Shown here: positions 12,690-24,666 of the stretch, in pieces | Position numbering within the stretch: the first letter of the stretch is position 1 | Layout: each line of letters opens with the position of its first letter | Source of the DNA: Mobula hypostoma | Taxonomy: Eukaryota | Direction: 5' to 3' | DNA length: 64,000 nucleotides | Assembly: GCF_963921235.1 (NCBI RefSeq) | Contig: NC_086106.1 | Coordinates: 21,266,001 to 21,330,000, forward strand | Position numbers and translations under genes: made by a program | The notes under the pieces: model-generated | What the model was told of the DNA's origin: nothing | Databases searched by the model: none | The model's input: the letters and a program-made list of their open reading frames with translations, nothing else

Positions 12690-14290
12690 AGTTTAGCTGC
12701 TATGCAAATGTTGTCTTCGGCATGCCTAGGCATGCTTAGTCCGGTTAGATGCTGGCAGACAGGCGATAAAAGGTGCTCACATATACAGATGTTGTTTAGA
12801 CACATGTTGATGCACACGTTCTTCAGCCATAAGCATATTGAGTATACTTAATAATAGGATGTATTGTCTTCAGGAAGACTCAATACGGCAGAAATATCTC
12901 GTCAATGCCGCAACAGCTGCGATACATTCTGTTACATCTCTGGCGAGTATACGATTAAGGCTCAAAGTCGCACCATGATTGCACTTATTATGAAAGCCTA
13001 TGTGCTCTAACTGGGATGTAAAGTGGTAACAGAAACAACGCCCTGGGGTTCTCAGATTTGTTGTCCAACGTGTGTATTCAACCTGAGCGCTCGGCGAAGA
13101 GGTACTCGGAAGTCAATGCCAATTGCAGTCCCAATGATATGGCGAGAAGAGAAGAATCACGTGACTGACTGTTGTTTCTGTCTGACCAATGTATCTGGCT
13201 TCTCTAATTAAAGTAAGGAATCTATTGAGTAGCCCAATCTGCCTTCAGCCATGAGACCAGTGTTACATGATGACAGTTTGCCAGAACCGAACACACCAGA
13301 CTTATGGAGCCTAGGTGATACAGATAGAGGTGCCACAACGCAAGAACCAGATGTGAAAAACGACACTGATCCAGATGCTAAACTCTTTATGCCTGATTAT
13401 CCTCTTTGGGAGCACTACCAGAATTAAATCACCTGGTCTGGCACTTAGATTTGTCAAAAGCTAAAGCAGAAATACTTGTTTCAAAGTTGCAAGGATGGAG
13501 TTTACTGTCACCAGGTACAAACATTTCTGTCTTTCGAAACCGTCAAGAACATTGACAAACTTCTTTACACAAGTTGCCAACCTCTGTTTCTGCATTGACA
13601 TTGATTTACTATGACAGAGATATGTCTGTGTCCTCTTCACATAAAACACGAATTGATGAAACATTTTGTGAAAACAATGGAAAAAAGACGGTGATGAATG
13701 GCGCTATTTGAGAGAGATGTTTAGAAAAAAATATTCATGCCAAGAAGAATAATTCACGCCAAGATTAAAAAAGGCATTTTCGCTGGTCCACAAATCAGAC
13801 AGGTCGTCAATGACAGGGAGTTCGAAGATCTGCTGGTAGGGCCAGAGAAAGTAGCATGGAACGCACTTAAGGATGTTGTTGAGAATTTTCTTGGCAACTA
13901 CAGAGCACTGAACTAGCTTGAGATCCTTGATAACATGCTTAAAGCATACTAAGCCATGAAGTACATCATGTCATTGGAAATTCATTTTCTGCATTCACAC
14001 TTGCACTTCTTCCCTGCTGATATGGTGCAGTCAGTGACGAACATGGTGAAAGCTTTCACCAGGATTTTGCAACCATGGAAAAGCGGTATCAGGACAACTG
14101 GAATCCATTAATACCGGCGGACTATTGTTGGACAATGTCACGAGTGGCACCAGATACTGCGCACAAAATAATCTGCAAAACATTTTAAACTGAGTTGAAT
14201 TAAAACAATGTGTCAGCATTATAATGCAATTAAACCGGTTAAATTCAATAAAAAGTTTTTTGTTTATCCAAATTCTTATCTTCTTGTCTT
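12690..14290 (+). mobile_element. DNA-transposon transposase relic, most resembling Chapaev3-type (CMC)
   Basis: Broken-frame motifs CDTFCYI..EYT, ICCPTC, MPIAVPMIWREEKNHVTDCCFC, IFAGPQIR, HFLHSHL, FHQDFATMEKRYQDNW, ADYCW. The family name is from recalled similarity, not a search. Confidence 0.6.
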
Positions 14291-14599
14291 TTGTCTTTCA
14301 AGCTCTTCTTGTCTTTCATCATGGGCCACACATATTCTTCACAATATCCTCTTTGCGGTGGCGGCTGACTGGGGACTCTTTTAGAACTGAAATATCTTAG
14401 AAGTGTCTTTATGTAATTAGCAGTGAGTTTCCCCGTTGGCTGAGGTTGAGGACGAAATGTTAGGATGTAACATCTGCGTCATTTCGAATATGAGAGATTA
14501 GTGCAGGATTTTCAGCATCTTCTCTGCGGTCTTGGTGCTGGTACATTTTTGTACTGCTCCTCTCATATTTTGAAACACTGTGTAATCCACAACATTGAG

Positions 14600-14638
14600 G
14601 TTTTTTGTGCAGCTCGCTTCCTCTTGTCTATCACTGTG
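14600..14638 (-). promoter_or_regulatory. 23-RSS of supporting V A1
   Basis: CACAGTG-23 nt-ACAAAAAAC (near-consensus). Confidence 0.92.
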
Positions 14639-14944
14639 CCCTTCGGCGACTGATGGCACATTGGTAGAAAGCCGAGTCGCTCAATTGCAGTTTGAAGATC
14701 TTTAACATGCTGATTTTATTTTCCCGATCGAGAGAACCGAGGAAGTGTCCTTCGGCAGCATTTTCCTGATCCTGATCTCCAGAGGTATGCGTCTGGCGCA
14801 GAAATTCTGGAGGCTTTGCTTGGAGCTGCCGGTACCAGTGTATCGTGTATGGACAAAACCCGAAATATTCGCAGCTTAATGTGACGACGTCATCAGAATA
14901 AGAAGATTTTAGAGGAGGATTCTTGGATACCATGGACATAGGAT
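14639..14944 (-). CDS. TRDV: Leaderless supporting TCR-delta V exon, cassette A1 (open frame)
   Basis: Acceptor ttctttcag|AT, phase 1: (D)PMSMVSKNPPLKSSYSDDVVTLSCEYFGFCPYTIHWYRQLQAKPPEFL...LQLSDSAFYQCAISRR. Canonical Cys/Trp/Cys plus an extra CDR1 Cys. No leader exon recognised between it and the J at 16.1 kb. Confidence 0.88.
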
Positions 14945-16092
14945 CTGAAAGAATTTAAAAGAGGCACCACAATTACTATACTATCGTTACTGGATTGTCC
15001 ACTCAAAGGAATAAGTGAAGGTTTAGTACCGGCTGGTTTCGTTCACAATATGTCCAAAATGTTTTTTTTTTTGTGCACTTGGGAATTATTCCAGCGACTT
15101 TCTGGGGTGGAGGAATATTTGCTAGATGGTGCAGGAGGAGAATGGAAAGTAATAGGAGGAGAAATGGAAAGACTGCATGAAAACGCTGGAATACGTGAAA
15201 CCATGGGAATTAATAAATACAATGTAGAACATTTGTGAAATATTCTCAGAGAACGAACACCCAACGAGTTGGAGGATCTACCTGCTGTATTGTGAAAACT
15301 TCTGCTTTATATTTTTTTCTTTCATTTGTTAACGGAAAGACTATTAGGAATTCTAACATTTTGGGTGTGATGATCAGGTTTCCACCATCACCAGATTTCC
15401 GGTTGTATTCCCCTTTGCTGTGAAAAGTCATCCTCCTTTTTTTTTTAACACACCAGGCAGTTTCCATATGTTTTTTTGCTTCTTTTCTGATTCTGTTTTT
15501 TTCTGCTTTTGCTGCATAATGTATATATGCTGTCATCTTAAAATATTCTCTCGCAGTCTGACAGATTTCGCTTGCATTTCAGTTTATACTTTGGCGTCAG
15601 ACTCAAGTGTGACTTGGCGTCTCCCTCACTATTTACATCGGCAGCTCGTGCTTGATAGACAAAAAGAAAGAAAGAAAGAAACAAACAAAACTTCTTAACC
15701 TTCCAGCTTGCAGTTTCTGTTTACCTGTACTGAACAATCTCTCAGTGAAGGAAACCCCTGAGAGGTTCCGTCAAACGTGGTACCCCTAGGTGCTGATCCA
15801 AGATTTGCATTCCTTCCGCTGTCCCCAAAACAGCTGAGACAAAAGAAATACACGCTCTGCATATGGGAATAAGCCCCTGCCTCTCTTTTCGCTCTTCTGG
15901 TTACAGGTATGCGCTGTTTTCACTTTTATGTTACCTTTCCTAAGACGAAGGCATGGTTGGCATTCGAAACGTGTTATGCTGCATCAAGCCCAACATAGCT
16001 TCTATAACAAAATATCAATCAAATTTGCACTTTTTGCTAAACTGCTCTAACAATCACAATGAAAATTAAGCTTTATAAATTTGAATACTTAC

Positions 16093-16150
16093 CGACTGTG
16101 ACGGTGACCGTAGACCCAGTTCCATCTTCATAGTAAGTATCATAGTAACA
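16093..16150 (-). CDS. NAR-TCR J segment, cassette A1
   Basis: CYYDTYYEDGTGSTVTVTV+G|gtaagt; 5' RSS gattcttgt-23-cgcggtg (16151-16189). Confidence 0.88.
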
Positions 16151-16517
16151 CACCGCGATCCGACTCTCAATCTCACTGGTACAAGAATCATCCTCAACTC
16201 AGTCTATTCATCAGCTATCATCGGACAGTGTAGAAACTTTCCAGACTTTTAAAATAAGAACGACGGCATTCAGTGTTCCACAAGCACCATTGAAGCTACC
16301 CATGAGAAAAAATCTCTGTAAAATGACCTCATCATAGTTTGCGTATGTCGGTTCCCTAAACTGCATCAAATGTCAAAAAATCCCTGAAAGCGGCAAAGTA
16401 CAATGAAATTCATCTGATCACTGTGGGAATGCAATGTGCCATATGATTTTATTCCGCTACTACAGAATATATATTTTAACGGGGCCAGAAATTTTTGTTC
16501 GATTATCTTCCATTGTG

Positions 16518-16532
16518 TGCATTCCAGTTATC
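16518..16532 (-). other. NAR-TCR D segment, cassette A1 (12/12 RSS, 16490-16560)
   Basis: Plus strand aatttttgt-12-cattgtg [tgcattccagttatc] cacagtg-12-ttcaaattg; D = GATAACTGGAATGCA (frames DNWNA / ITGM). Confidence 0.85.
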
Positions 16533-16874
16533 CACAGTGTTTCATGTCCAGTTCAAATTGCAGGAGGCTGTTGGGCAGGAGAAAACATCCTCCCAGCTAC
16601 TATTCCAGTTTCCATGCTATTGGAGCAGGGTTCCATCTGAAGTAGGAGATTGGGAAGTGGCAGTTTCATTCTCACTCGCTGTTCACTGCACAGTTCCTGG
16701 GGAAGGTGGTTTTCCATGCAAATACAGTACAGAAGAGAAAATAACTAACGTATGAACTGACAACTTCCAATCCCATTGCAAACTGGACTGTATGGAACGC
16801 AGAGGAATAACCTTCTGAAATTACCAGCATATGAACGCCGCGGCTTCAGATGTTGATGGGATAATTCCCATCTC

Positions 16875-16913
16875 CTGTTTGAGTACGGCGGTGATCCCTT
16901 TCCAAACACTGTG
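16875..16913 (-). promoter_or_regulatory. 23-RSS of NAR-like V A1
   Basis: CACAGTG-tttggaaagggatcaccgccgta-CTCAAACAG. Confidence 0.75.
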
Positions 16914-17204
16914 TGTCCCATTGATATTCGGCTTTACAAAAATAGGTGGCACTGTCGTCAACTTCAAGATTCATAATTTTCAGTGTAAATATCATTTCGG
17001 CGTTATTTTGCGCAATGATAAATCTCGTTCCTGAGGAGATCCGTTCCCATCCCGTTTTTCGCTGTGTTTGTTTGAAGAAATGTCCGGTTACAAACTTATA
17101 CGATCCCGACCAACCAGGACGGAAAGTGCAAGTGATTGTGAGAGACTGGCATTCAGTTTTCGTCACCGCTGTAGGGCTCTGGGTCACGGTCTGGCTGAAG
17201 AAGA
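16914..17204 (-). CDS. NAR-TCR (IgNAR-like) V exon, cassette A1, open frame
   Basis: LFFSQTVTQSPTAVTKTECQSLTITCTFRPGWSGSYKFVTGHFFKQTQRKTGWERISSGTRFIIAQNNAEMIFTLKIMNLEVDDSATYFCKAEYQWD. Short V lacking the CDR2/C'C'' region as in VNAR; extra FR1 Cys; phase-1 acceptor. Confidence 0.9.
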
Positions 17205-17350
17205 CTGAAGATTAAGAATAAGGAGAAGGCAAACAGCATTAGATGTGACACAAAATAGAGGGCTAACACGGTGACTTCAATGATTCTGCGTACACTCGTT
17301 AAGTTTCGTATTTAATTAGAATATTCCAGAAATTTCTGAACAGTACTCAC

Positions 17351-17393
17351 GGTCAAAGCAGAGGCACAGTGTGACATACAGGAGAAATTTCAT
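17351..17393 (-). CDS. Leader exon, cassette A1
   Basis: MKFLLYVTLCLCFD+C|gtgagt; splices in frame to 17204. Confidence 0.88.
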
Positions 17394-17418
17394 CGTTTTA
17401 TCTCCGGGTGTCGGATGG

Positions 17419-17424
17419 ATTATA
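17419..17424 (-). promoter_or_regulatory. TATA-like box upstream of the A1 leader
   Basis: TATAAT ~26 nt upstream of ATG; TATAAA at the equivalent position in B copies. Confidence 0.4.
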
Positions 17425-18801
17425 CAGCCGCTAACGAGGTTGTTGTGTTAGGTTCTTTCTCAGAACTGGAAAGAGACACCTCTGCCGGTTTCTGTTCTGG
17501 ATTTATTCAATTGGTTCACTGTTTACGAATTATACGTTGCGGAAGAACGCGTCAGATTTGATTAACAATAGCTGTGGTTCCCTTTTCACGCAATTTCTTT
17601 GCAACTTATGAGAAAGACAGGGGTACTGCGAAAAGGAAATGACATAATTTACAGATGCGACAGTGAAATATAGTTTCGCCAAGATAATGCGAGTGTCACT
17701 AGGTTGATAAACGTATCAACTGTCAGTTTCCTGAGGTCTCCAGTGGTTGAGACAAAGAGATTAGGAAAGACGAGAAAGGTGTCAGAAAAGGAACTCGCGA
17801 TTTGATGAGCACTGTGGAAGTAGGAAGCAAAGATGATGGCATTGAAGACATCAGCAATGGTACGTGAAGCAGCAGCAGTACAGTCGTCCATGTAGCATGA
17901 ATTTAAAAAAAAATAAGAAATGTTCAAACACTGCAAGAGAGTTTTGAAACATGGAAGGTTCCACGAAGCTAACACAATTACCGCCATAGCGGCATTGGAG
18001 TTGGGGACATGCGGATTTCCAAGGCTATGTAGTGGCTTTGGAAAAAGTGGGAGGATCGAAAATAATAATAATTTTAAAAAATGCTCTGCGTGAGAATCAG
18101 CTAACAATGTTGTTTAGTTTTCTTGCTCTTTCTTTGCGAGATAACATGTACGATGCACTCAGTTTATAGTCTGGCTAATTTCGCCGAATTTTATTCTCTG
18201 CACAGTCAACAACATTACTTGCATTATCAACAAAGCCCGCATAATTGCAGCATAATTCTGAACTGATACTACAAATTGCAGTCTAATTTTCAAAGAATTG
18301 TGCAAATATTGCTCTCAATATTATAATTATACTTATTGTTGTTATTACATATATTTTTTTTCTCAGCTCCAACTGTTAAAACGTAAGGGCCAGGTACAGC
18401 CAAACACGTCTATTTGTCAGCTGCTGCGAATTTCGAACTATACTTGTGGCTTTCTGAAGACCGACATGGATACTGCTTTACTTGCTCAGTTAATCAATAG
18501 TATAATGTTGTGCCTTTGGGTTTATACCAGCTGTACGTTATACCATGGGTCAATGTATAGTTGTTCATGTTTCAAAATCTTTTCCTAGTTTTTCTCGTTT
18601 AATACAGCATATTAACACTGTTTTTTTCCTCATTTATTGATTTGGATATTATGTGCGTTTCGATTGGCTATATCTATAATTTAAGTTGTTTTTGCCGTTT
18701 ATCCCGTATTATTGTATGCAGGCAATTATTATGCATTATCCTCTATGCAATCACTGATGCGTTAGAATATATATTTGTAGTAATATGACTCTGATTAAAT
18801 A

Positions 18802-18850
<49 letters not shown>

Positions 18851-18863
18851 ATTATTATTATTA
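18802..18863 (+). repeat. (ATT)n microsatellite
   Basis: About 20 ATT units; shorter in the paralogue at ~40.33 kb. Confidence 0.95.
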
Positions 18864-18939
18864 TCACATCACGTTACTTCACTCCAGCGAATTCCATCGC
18901 TCAGAAGGGGTTAACAATTCTCCTCTGAACGAATCGACA

Positions 18940-19617
18940 CATCGGGTTCCAATAGATGTGGCCTTTCATATATTGGCGAGACCCGACGCAGACTGGGAGA
19001 CCGCTTTGCTGAACACCTACGCTCTGTCCGCCAGAGAAAGCAGGATCTCCCAGTGACTACACATTTTAATTCCACATCCCATTCCCATTCTGACATGTCT
19101 ATCCACGGCCTCCTCTACTGTAAAGATGAAGGCACACTCAGGTTGCAGGAACAACACCTTATATTCCGTCTGGGTAGCCTCCAACCTGATGGCATGAACA
19201 TCGACTTCTCTAACTTCCGCTAAGGCCCTACCTCCCCCTCGTACCCCATCCGTTACTCATTTTTATGCACACATTCTTTCTCTCACTCTCCTTTTTCTCC
19301 CTCTGTCCCTCTGAATATACCTCTTGCCCATCCTCTGGGTTCCCCACCCTCCTTGTCTTTCTTCCCAGACCTCCTGTCCCATGATCCTCTCGTATCTCCT
19401 TTTACCTCCTGTCTTCTCCTATCATTTAGGATCTCCCCCTGCCCCTCCAACTTTCAAATCCCTTACTCACTCTTCCTTCAGTTAGTCCTGAAGAAGGGTC
19501 TCGGCCTGAAACGTCGACTGCACCTCTTCCTAGAGATGCTGCTTGGCCTGCTGCGTTCACCAGCAACTTTGATGTGTGTTGCTTGAATTTCCAGCATCTG
19601 CAGAATTCCTGCTGTTT
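18940..19617 (+). mobile_element. 3' fragment of Penelope-like retroelement (GIY-YIG)
   Basis: Encodes RCGLSYIGETRRRLGDRFAEHLRSVRQ...HFNSTSHSHSDMSIHGLL...NIDFSNFR*; absent from the paralogous spacer at ~40.4 kb. Confidence 0.85.
19484..19519 (+). ncRNA. Minimal type I hammerhead ribozyme motif
   Basis: AGTC-CTGAAGA-AGG(gtctcgg)CCT-GAA-ACGT-C-GACT: core CUGANGA/GAAA, stem I AGTC/GACT, stem II AGG/CCT, palindromic ACGT for a dimeric stem III. Confidence 0.7.
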
Positions 19618-20639
19618 GCATCTGAAAGAGAGAATGTTTAACTACATCGTAAAGAAATTTAGAAATAAAGTTAAATTTGTCACACTCTGTCCTTACGGCA
19701 TTGCTGAACGGAGGACAGATATGGAACACTTTAGCACAGAGCCGATATAGAAAGGACACTTAAACAAAATTAGCGGACTTTTTCCTTTCAAGAGAACTGG
19801 TACTAGCGCTGGGATTGCCTCTAAGAAAATTTATTCTATTGCTCTACCTGTTAGACGGGCAGGCACCGTAAAACGCGAAAAGTTTCAGCCAGAAGTCAAA
19901 GTAGCTGCGACTGCTGCAAGTGTTACTGTTGACAGAAGTCCACGTGTAAACGAGGACACTCAAACGGTTGATGGAAGAAAGACAGCTTAACATTGTTATT
20001 GGAACTGAACACATTTATAATGCATATATATTATCAAGTAGCTTGAGACAGAGAGAGAGATGCGTAAACGCAGACAATAGCAAACTGATCAACAGCTTAT
20101 ATACAACATATTCCTTACTGCAAGTAAATTGCACAACGAATGGTAGATCAACGTGGACTTACTAAAAAAATTAGCCTAACTCCAAAGAAATGTTTTTACA
20201 AAAACACATGGATTAATATGAGGGCAAGAATGAAACCGACCTAAAGACTGCAGCAACGCTACCCAATAAAATAATGAAATAACACCACCCGAAGAGTTGA
20301 CAGAAGTTCAAATAATTCATCAAATTTTCACAACCTGACGGTGATTACAAAACACAAAGGGAGAGCTTTCACAAAATGCTGATGACGAATCTGAGCTTAC
20401 AGACAAAATTAATGCAGCTAAAGCAATTAATTCAAAAAGTGAATATATATATTCTATGTATTGTATATATTTTTCACTATATATTTTTTCAGATGAAAAC
20501 CTGATCTTTCGACGAGATAAGAAAAGAATATTTAAAAAAAGCAAGTGGAATACAATAAAACCGGCAGGAAACAACCGAAATTATGAATGAAAATGAAAAA
20601 AAAGACAAGTATATAGTTGAGTACGTGGTAAAGAAGGGA

Positions 20640-21235
20640 ATTGCAATGTCGGCAATGTTTCATTTGGAATACAAAACACGGCGAAAATTCTGAGCATTAA
20701 TAAGACACTAGTTAGGATGCACTTAGAGTATTGTTAGCCGTTTTGGGCCCCGTACTCACTAAATATGTGTCGTTATTTGAGAGAGTCCAGAGGAGGATCA
20801 GTAATAAACATATGAGGAAGGTATATCATATTTGCACCTGTACTCACTGGGATTTAGAAGAACGCAGGCGATCTCATTGAAATCTTCCAAATGTTGAAAG
20901 GGTAGACATCGAGAGGGTATTTTCGATGTTGGGTCTATTTGGAACTGGAGAGCACCGCCTCCAAATTGAGGGGCGAACATTTAGAACAAAGACAAGGAGT
21001 GAGCACTGAGTGGCGACCAGTTAGGAAGAAAAAAAAATAATGCCCCAGACTGCAGTGGAAACCAAGTCCGTGCCTAAATTTACCGTTGAAGTTTACCGTT
21101 TCTGATCGGTCAGGGAATCAAAGGATATCGGCAGAAGAAAGGTGTATTGAGTTGAGTGGGATGTGAGATCAGCCATGGTGGGTTGGCGGAGCAGACACGA
21201 TGGACTGATTGGTCTAATTCCACTCCTATGTTTTA
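20640..21235 (+). mobile_element. Degenerate CR1 3' fragment (paralogue ~41640-42235)
   Basis: aagacactagttaggatgcacttagagtattg...ttttgggcccc; CR1-type 3' UTR gatcagccatg...ggcggagcagacacgatgg. Confidence 0.7.
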
Positions 21236-24200
21236 GGTCTTATGGCGAATTGTTGGAGGGGCGGCACGTGGTGCAGGAAGGGCCTTCGTCGCGTTTTATA
21301 TCTGTGTGGATAACTAATTAAATAACAAGGGTTGGTTGGGAAAATTGCAAGCTCCCATGGCAGCCTGCGGTTTTGACAGGTCCCTTCTATCAAAGCCGTT
21401 ATTGGACAACAGTGATACTTCATGATTAACACTACTACCGCAAGCATCGTGCCACGAGCAAGGAGTTAATTATGTAGAGACGTTCGCCACCTTGTCAAGG
21501 CAATCGAATTACGTGGAAAAGTTTGGAATACTTAAGTTAACGATGCGGAAGAAAAGTATCCAAACCCATACTGAAGAAAGGTAAGTTGAGTAATACAGCA
21601 GTGAATTTCTGTGTGTTCATCCAGTCAATCCGAGACCTGTCGTCGTGGTTCCTTTTCATGTGATGCAACTGCAGTACACTTCTCCTGGACTGATTCAAAG
21701 CAAAATGCCTCACATGCGGTGAACAAACAAGAAACGCTCGATAAGGTCTGGATACATGCATGAGCTTTACGTTTTCTACAATACCCCAATTTCTTTCGCA
21801 CCTTATGTGGGGTAGAAATACTGACAAGGACGTAATTCCTAAAAAAAAAGTAAAACATAATTTCCACGTATCACTGCACAAATCTTAGATCGATTCGTGT
21901 AATTCAATTCGCCTTCAGACCTGCCGCTGGCTTTCGGAACAGTTTGCATATGTGCTGCTGAAAATTTGCAGCAATTGCAGAATTTCTTCTCGCTAGGTTT
22001 GGTGTTTCCTAATCAACAAGATTTGATTAAGGAACTTCAGATAAATTAACTTATATGAATTAATAACCATAATACGATGGAAGTGCAGCAGTCAATTAAA
22101 GGTAACGAGAAATATATCCCGAATGTTAATTTAATTTAATGTTGTCATGAAGTTTTGGGAAAAAAAAATCCTGAATCTCGTTTTGTGGAGTGAGCTAGAT
22201 TTGATGAAGAATATTAAGATAAGGGAACCATTTTTTTTTAAAGCAGTGTGCGATGCCATTATATTTACCCACCAATTTGAAAGGGACAACCTGATATTTA
22301 TGCCTCGCTTTCAGTAAATCTAATTACAAATGTATGAGAGAGGAGCGTGCCAAGTTTGATCATAAGCAGATGACGGTAGAGCAGCGATGTTTAACCATGT
22401 AAATTGTGGTCTCTGCTTTTCAAGTTTTTTTTTATAACAGAATAGACGGATTTTTGCCAAAGCTGCGTATGATATAAATATAGGTAAACTATTGGGTACT
22501 GCTGAGGAAGCAGCGAGCAGGGAGCATTCACCGGTGGTAGGATAAGCCACGACAATGCTCACATCAGTGGCAGACACATCAAGCAGTAGGAAATGGTATA
22601 AAATGTAATTTGATCGCAGGTACAAAGTCGTTGAAAATATTCTAAATAAGGAGTGAATTCGAAAATCTCAGGAGTATACAAACTTGATCGTCCTACTTCA
22701 TGAATGCTTTTCGATCAACTTGAGTACTGAATCCGTACTAAAACAGGCAATGTCGATTGTTAGGAACAAATTATAAAAAGTGTGATGTAGCGTTGAATAT
22801 TAATAAAAGGTAAATCGCACTACATTTAAAGTTTTGAAAAAGTTGTGTGCTCAAAGTCCAAAGGGAGAGTGTGCTAGTTTACAAGGAAGAAAAGTAGAAA
22901 CGTATGAGAATAACCCCGGGGCAGCCATATCATCGTAGGTGGAGAGTTACATGTTTCTTTGGGTTAGAGCAATGATAAGAATCCCATTGTAACATAACCA
23001 GCAAGAATGTATTGAATACAGTGGACCTGCGGATGAAGATCCAGCAGCGGGAAAGTGGAGCCTCCGTGGTACTCAACCTCAGAAAAAAAGGACATGGCTT
23101 AAATTAGAGTAGAACCTTTTTTTTTGCCATATTGTAAATGTGTCGGATTCTTTGTCACAGTGTGTTGGGGAAGACATGTACGGTAAGTTTCAGGCAGAGT
23201 TAAATATCTTCTGAAGTCGTAAGTGTGTCAGGATTTGTGCGGAGTTGCCAGGGGAATGCAGTTGAGATGTTATAGTAAATACACTACAATCCAGTGGCAG
23301 AACCAGTGTCGAGAGGTCAAATAGCCAATTTTTTCTCCGATGATCTTACGGCCAGATCTGTGCATACCTCTAAAATACGCGTTAATATACCATAGTTTTT
23401 ATTAGTTCGATGGACTGTCTCACACAGACGAGAAAAGGATATTAGATATAGTTGATACATATTGAGGGCTGAGAGGATTAGCAAGTGCGTTCTGTTTAAG
23501 AACTCTGTACTTTTGGAGGTTGATAATGTTCGAATTAATTACTTAATTTCGCTGAGATTAATGGCTTCAATGTATTGGATAATAGGGAGTTCATACTTGT
23601 TGGCACTGTCGCGTAACCGCCTATGTGCCGTTCTGTAGGAATTTTCAGCTTATGTCCTTCATTATTTGACACAGTCTGTAGCAGGTTTAGTCCTCGGCAA
23701 TACAAAAACTCAACATCACGTCGTTAATCGCGAAGATCACGAGGCATGCGATCCACGGGAGATTGTAAGAGAGGATTTAGAATTCTCCTGCACTCGGAAG
23801 GCATAGCGTGGTATTAGGTGGAAGTTACTATGCCCACATTTCATGAATTACAGATGCTCCATCAGTCACTGTTTCTAGACCCTCACTCTTTGTGACATTA
23901 AGAATTATCGTGTGATTTTGTGTAAAGATTTTAATGTGAACGTAGATAAATTACATAAAGAATAGTGGCGTTGTGTACCGATTAGGAAGTTGTCACATTT
24001 TGCAACGTGATATAGAGAGGATGTAGAGTCGGGTAGACAAAAGAGAAAATACATTTCAAGTGGGGCGGGGGGGGGAACTACTGTGAAATAATCAACATTA
24101 GACGTTCGTACAGGATTATGAGGAGGATTCTTTGAGGCGCAGTGGTACAGATGGATACTCGGCTTCAGCGTCAGTATATTCCCCATTGCTGCCACGCAAG

Positions 24201-24666
24201 TGAATTTAAGAAATAACATGGTGGACTGGATATTGAACTGGATATTATTTTTAAAAGCTGCGAGTAGATATTCTGCAGCTCAAAAAGATCCGGTGAGACA
24301 ACGGTAACAGAATTGTGTTAATTTCTGAGTGCCTTATGATAGAAAGGATGTCTAAAGTTTTGTGAGAGAGCTCAGACGTATCACCATGAGGCCACAAAGA
24401 TTAGAGAACGCCTTAAGCAAAATTTTGAAGAAATCTAGAGATTTTCATTTTGGAACAACGCTAGTTGACAGACATCTATATAAACGCGTACGACTATGAA
24501 AGGCACAGATAATATTTTCCTCAGGGTGGTAATGCCAAGCACCAGAAACTTCCGTTTATAGTTACTAGACGGAAATTTACCGCAGATATCTGAAATATTG
24601 TGTTTTTTTTCACAGAGAATAGCGGTTGGCTGAAATTCATGCCGGATATGTTAGAACCTTCATGAT

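Noticed and set aside
16419-16425. Perfect CACTGTG heptamer between D and J of A1 as a possible second D RSS
   Set aside because: No nonamer at 12 or 23 nt, no facing heptamer, and not conserved in A2 (gatcacagttc).
14639-17393. Interpretation as an IgNAR or IgH cluster
   Set aside because: The exon after J is a TCR-type V with its own 23-RSS, not an Ig constant exon, and no C domains are in the window.
19630-23750. Short ORFs in the spacer upstream of the A leader (e.g. 21537-21881, and 40636-40872 in the paralogue)
   Set aside because: Frames are not preserved between the two paralogous spacers and there are no recognisable motifs; possibly decayed repeats, but I cannot support a family call.
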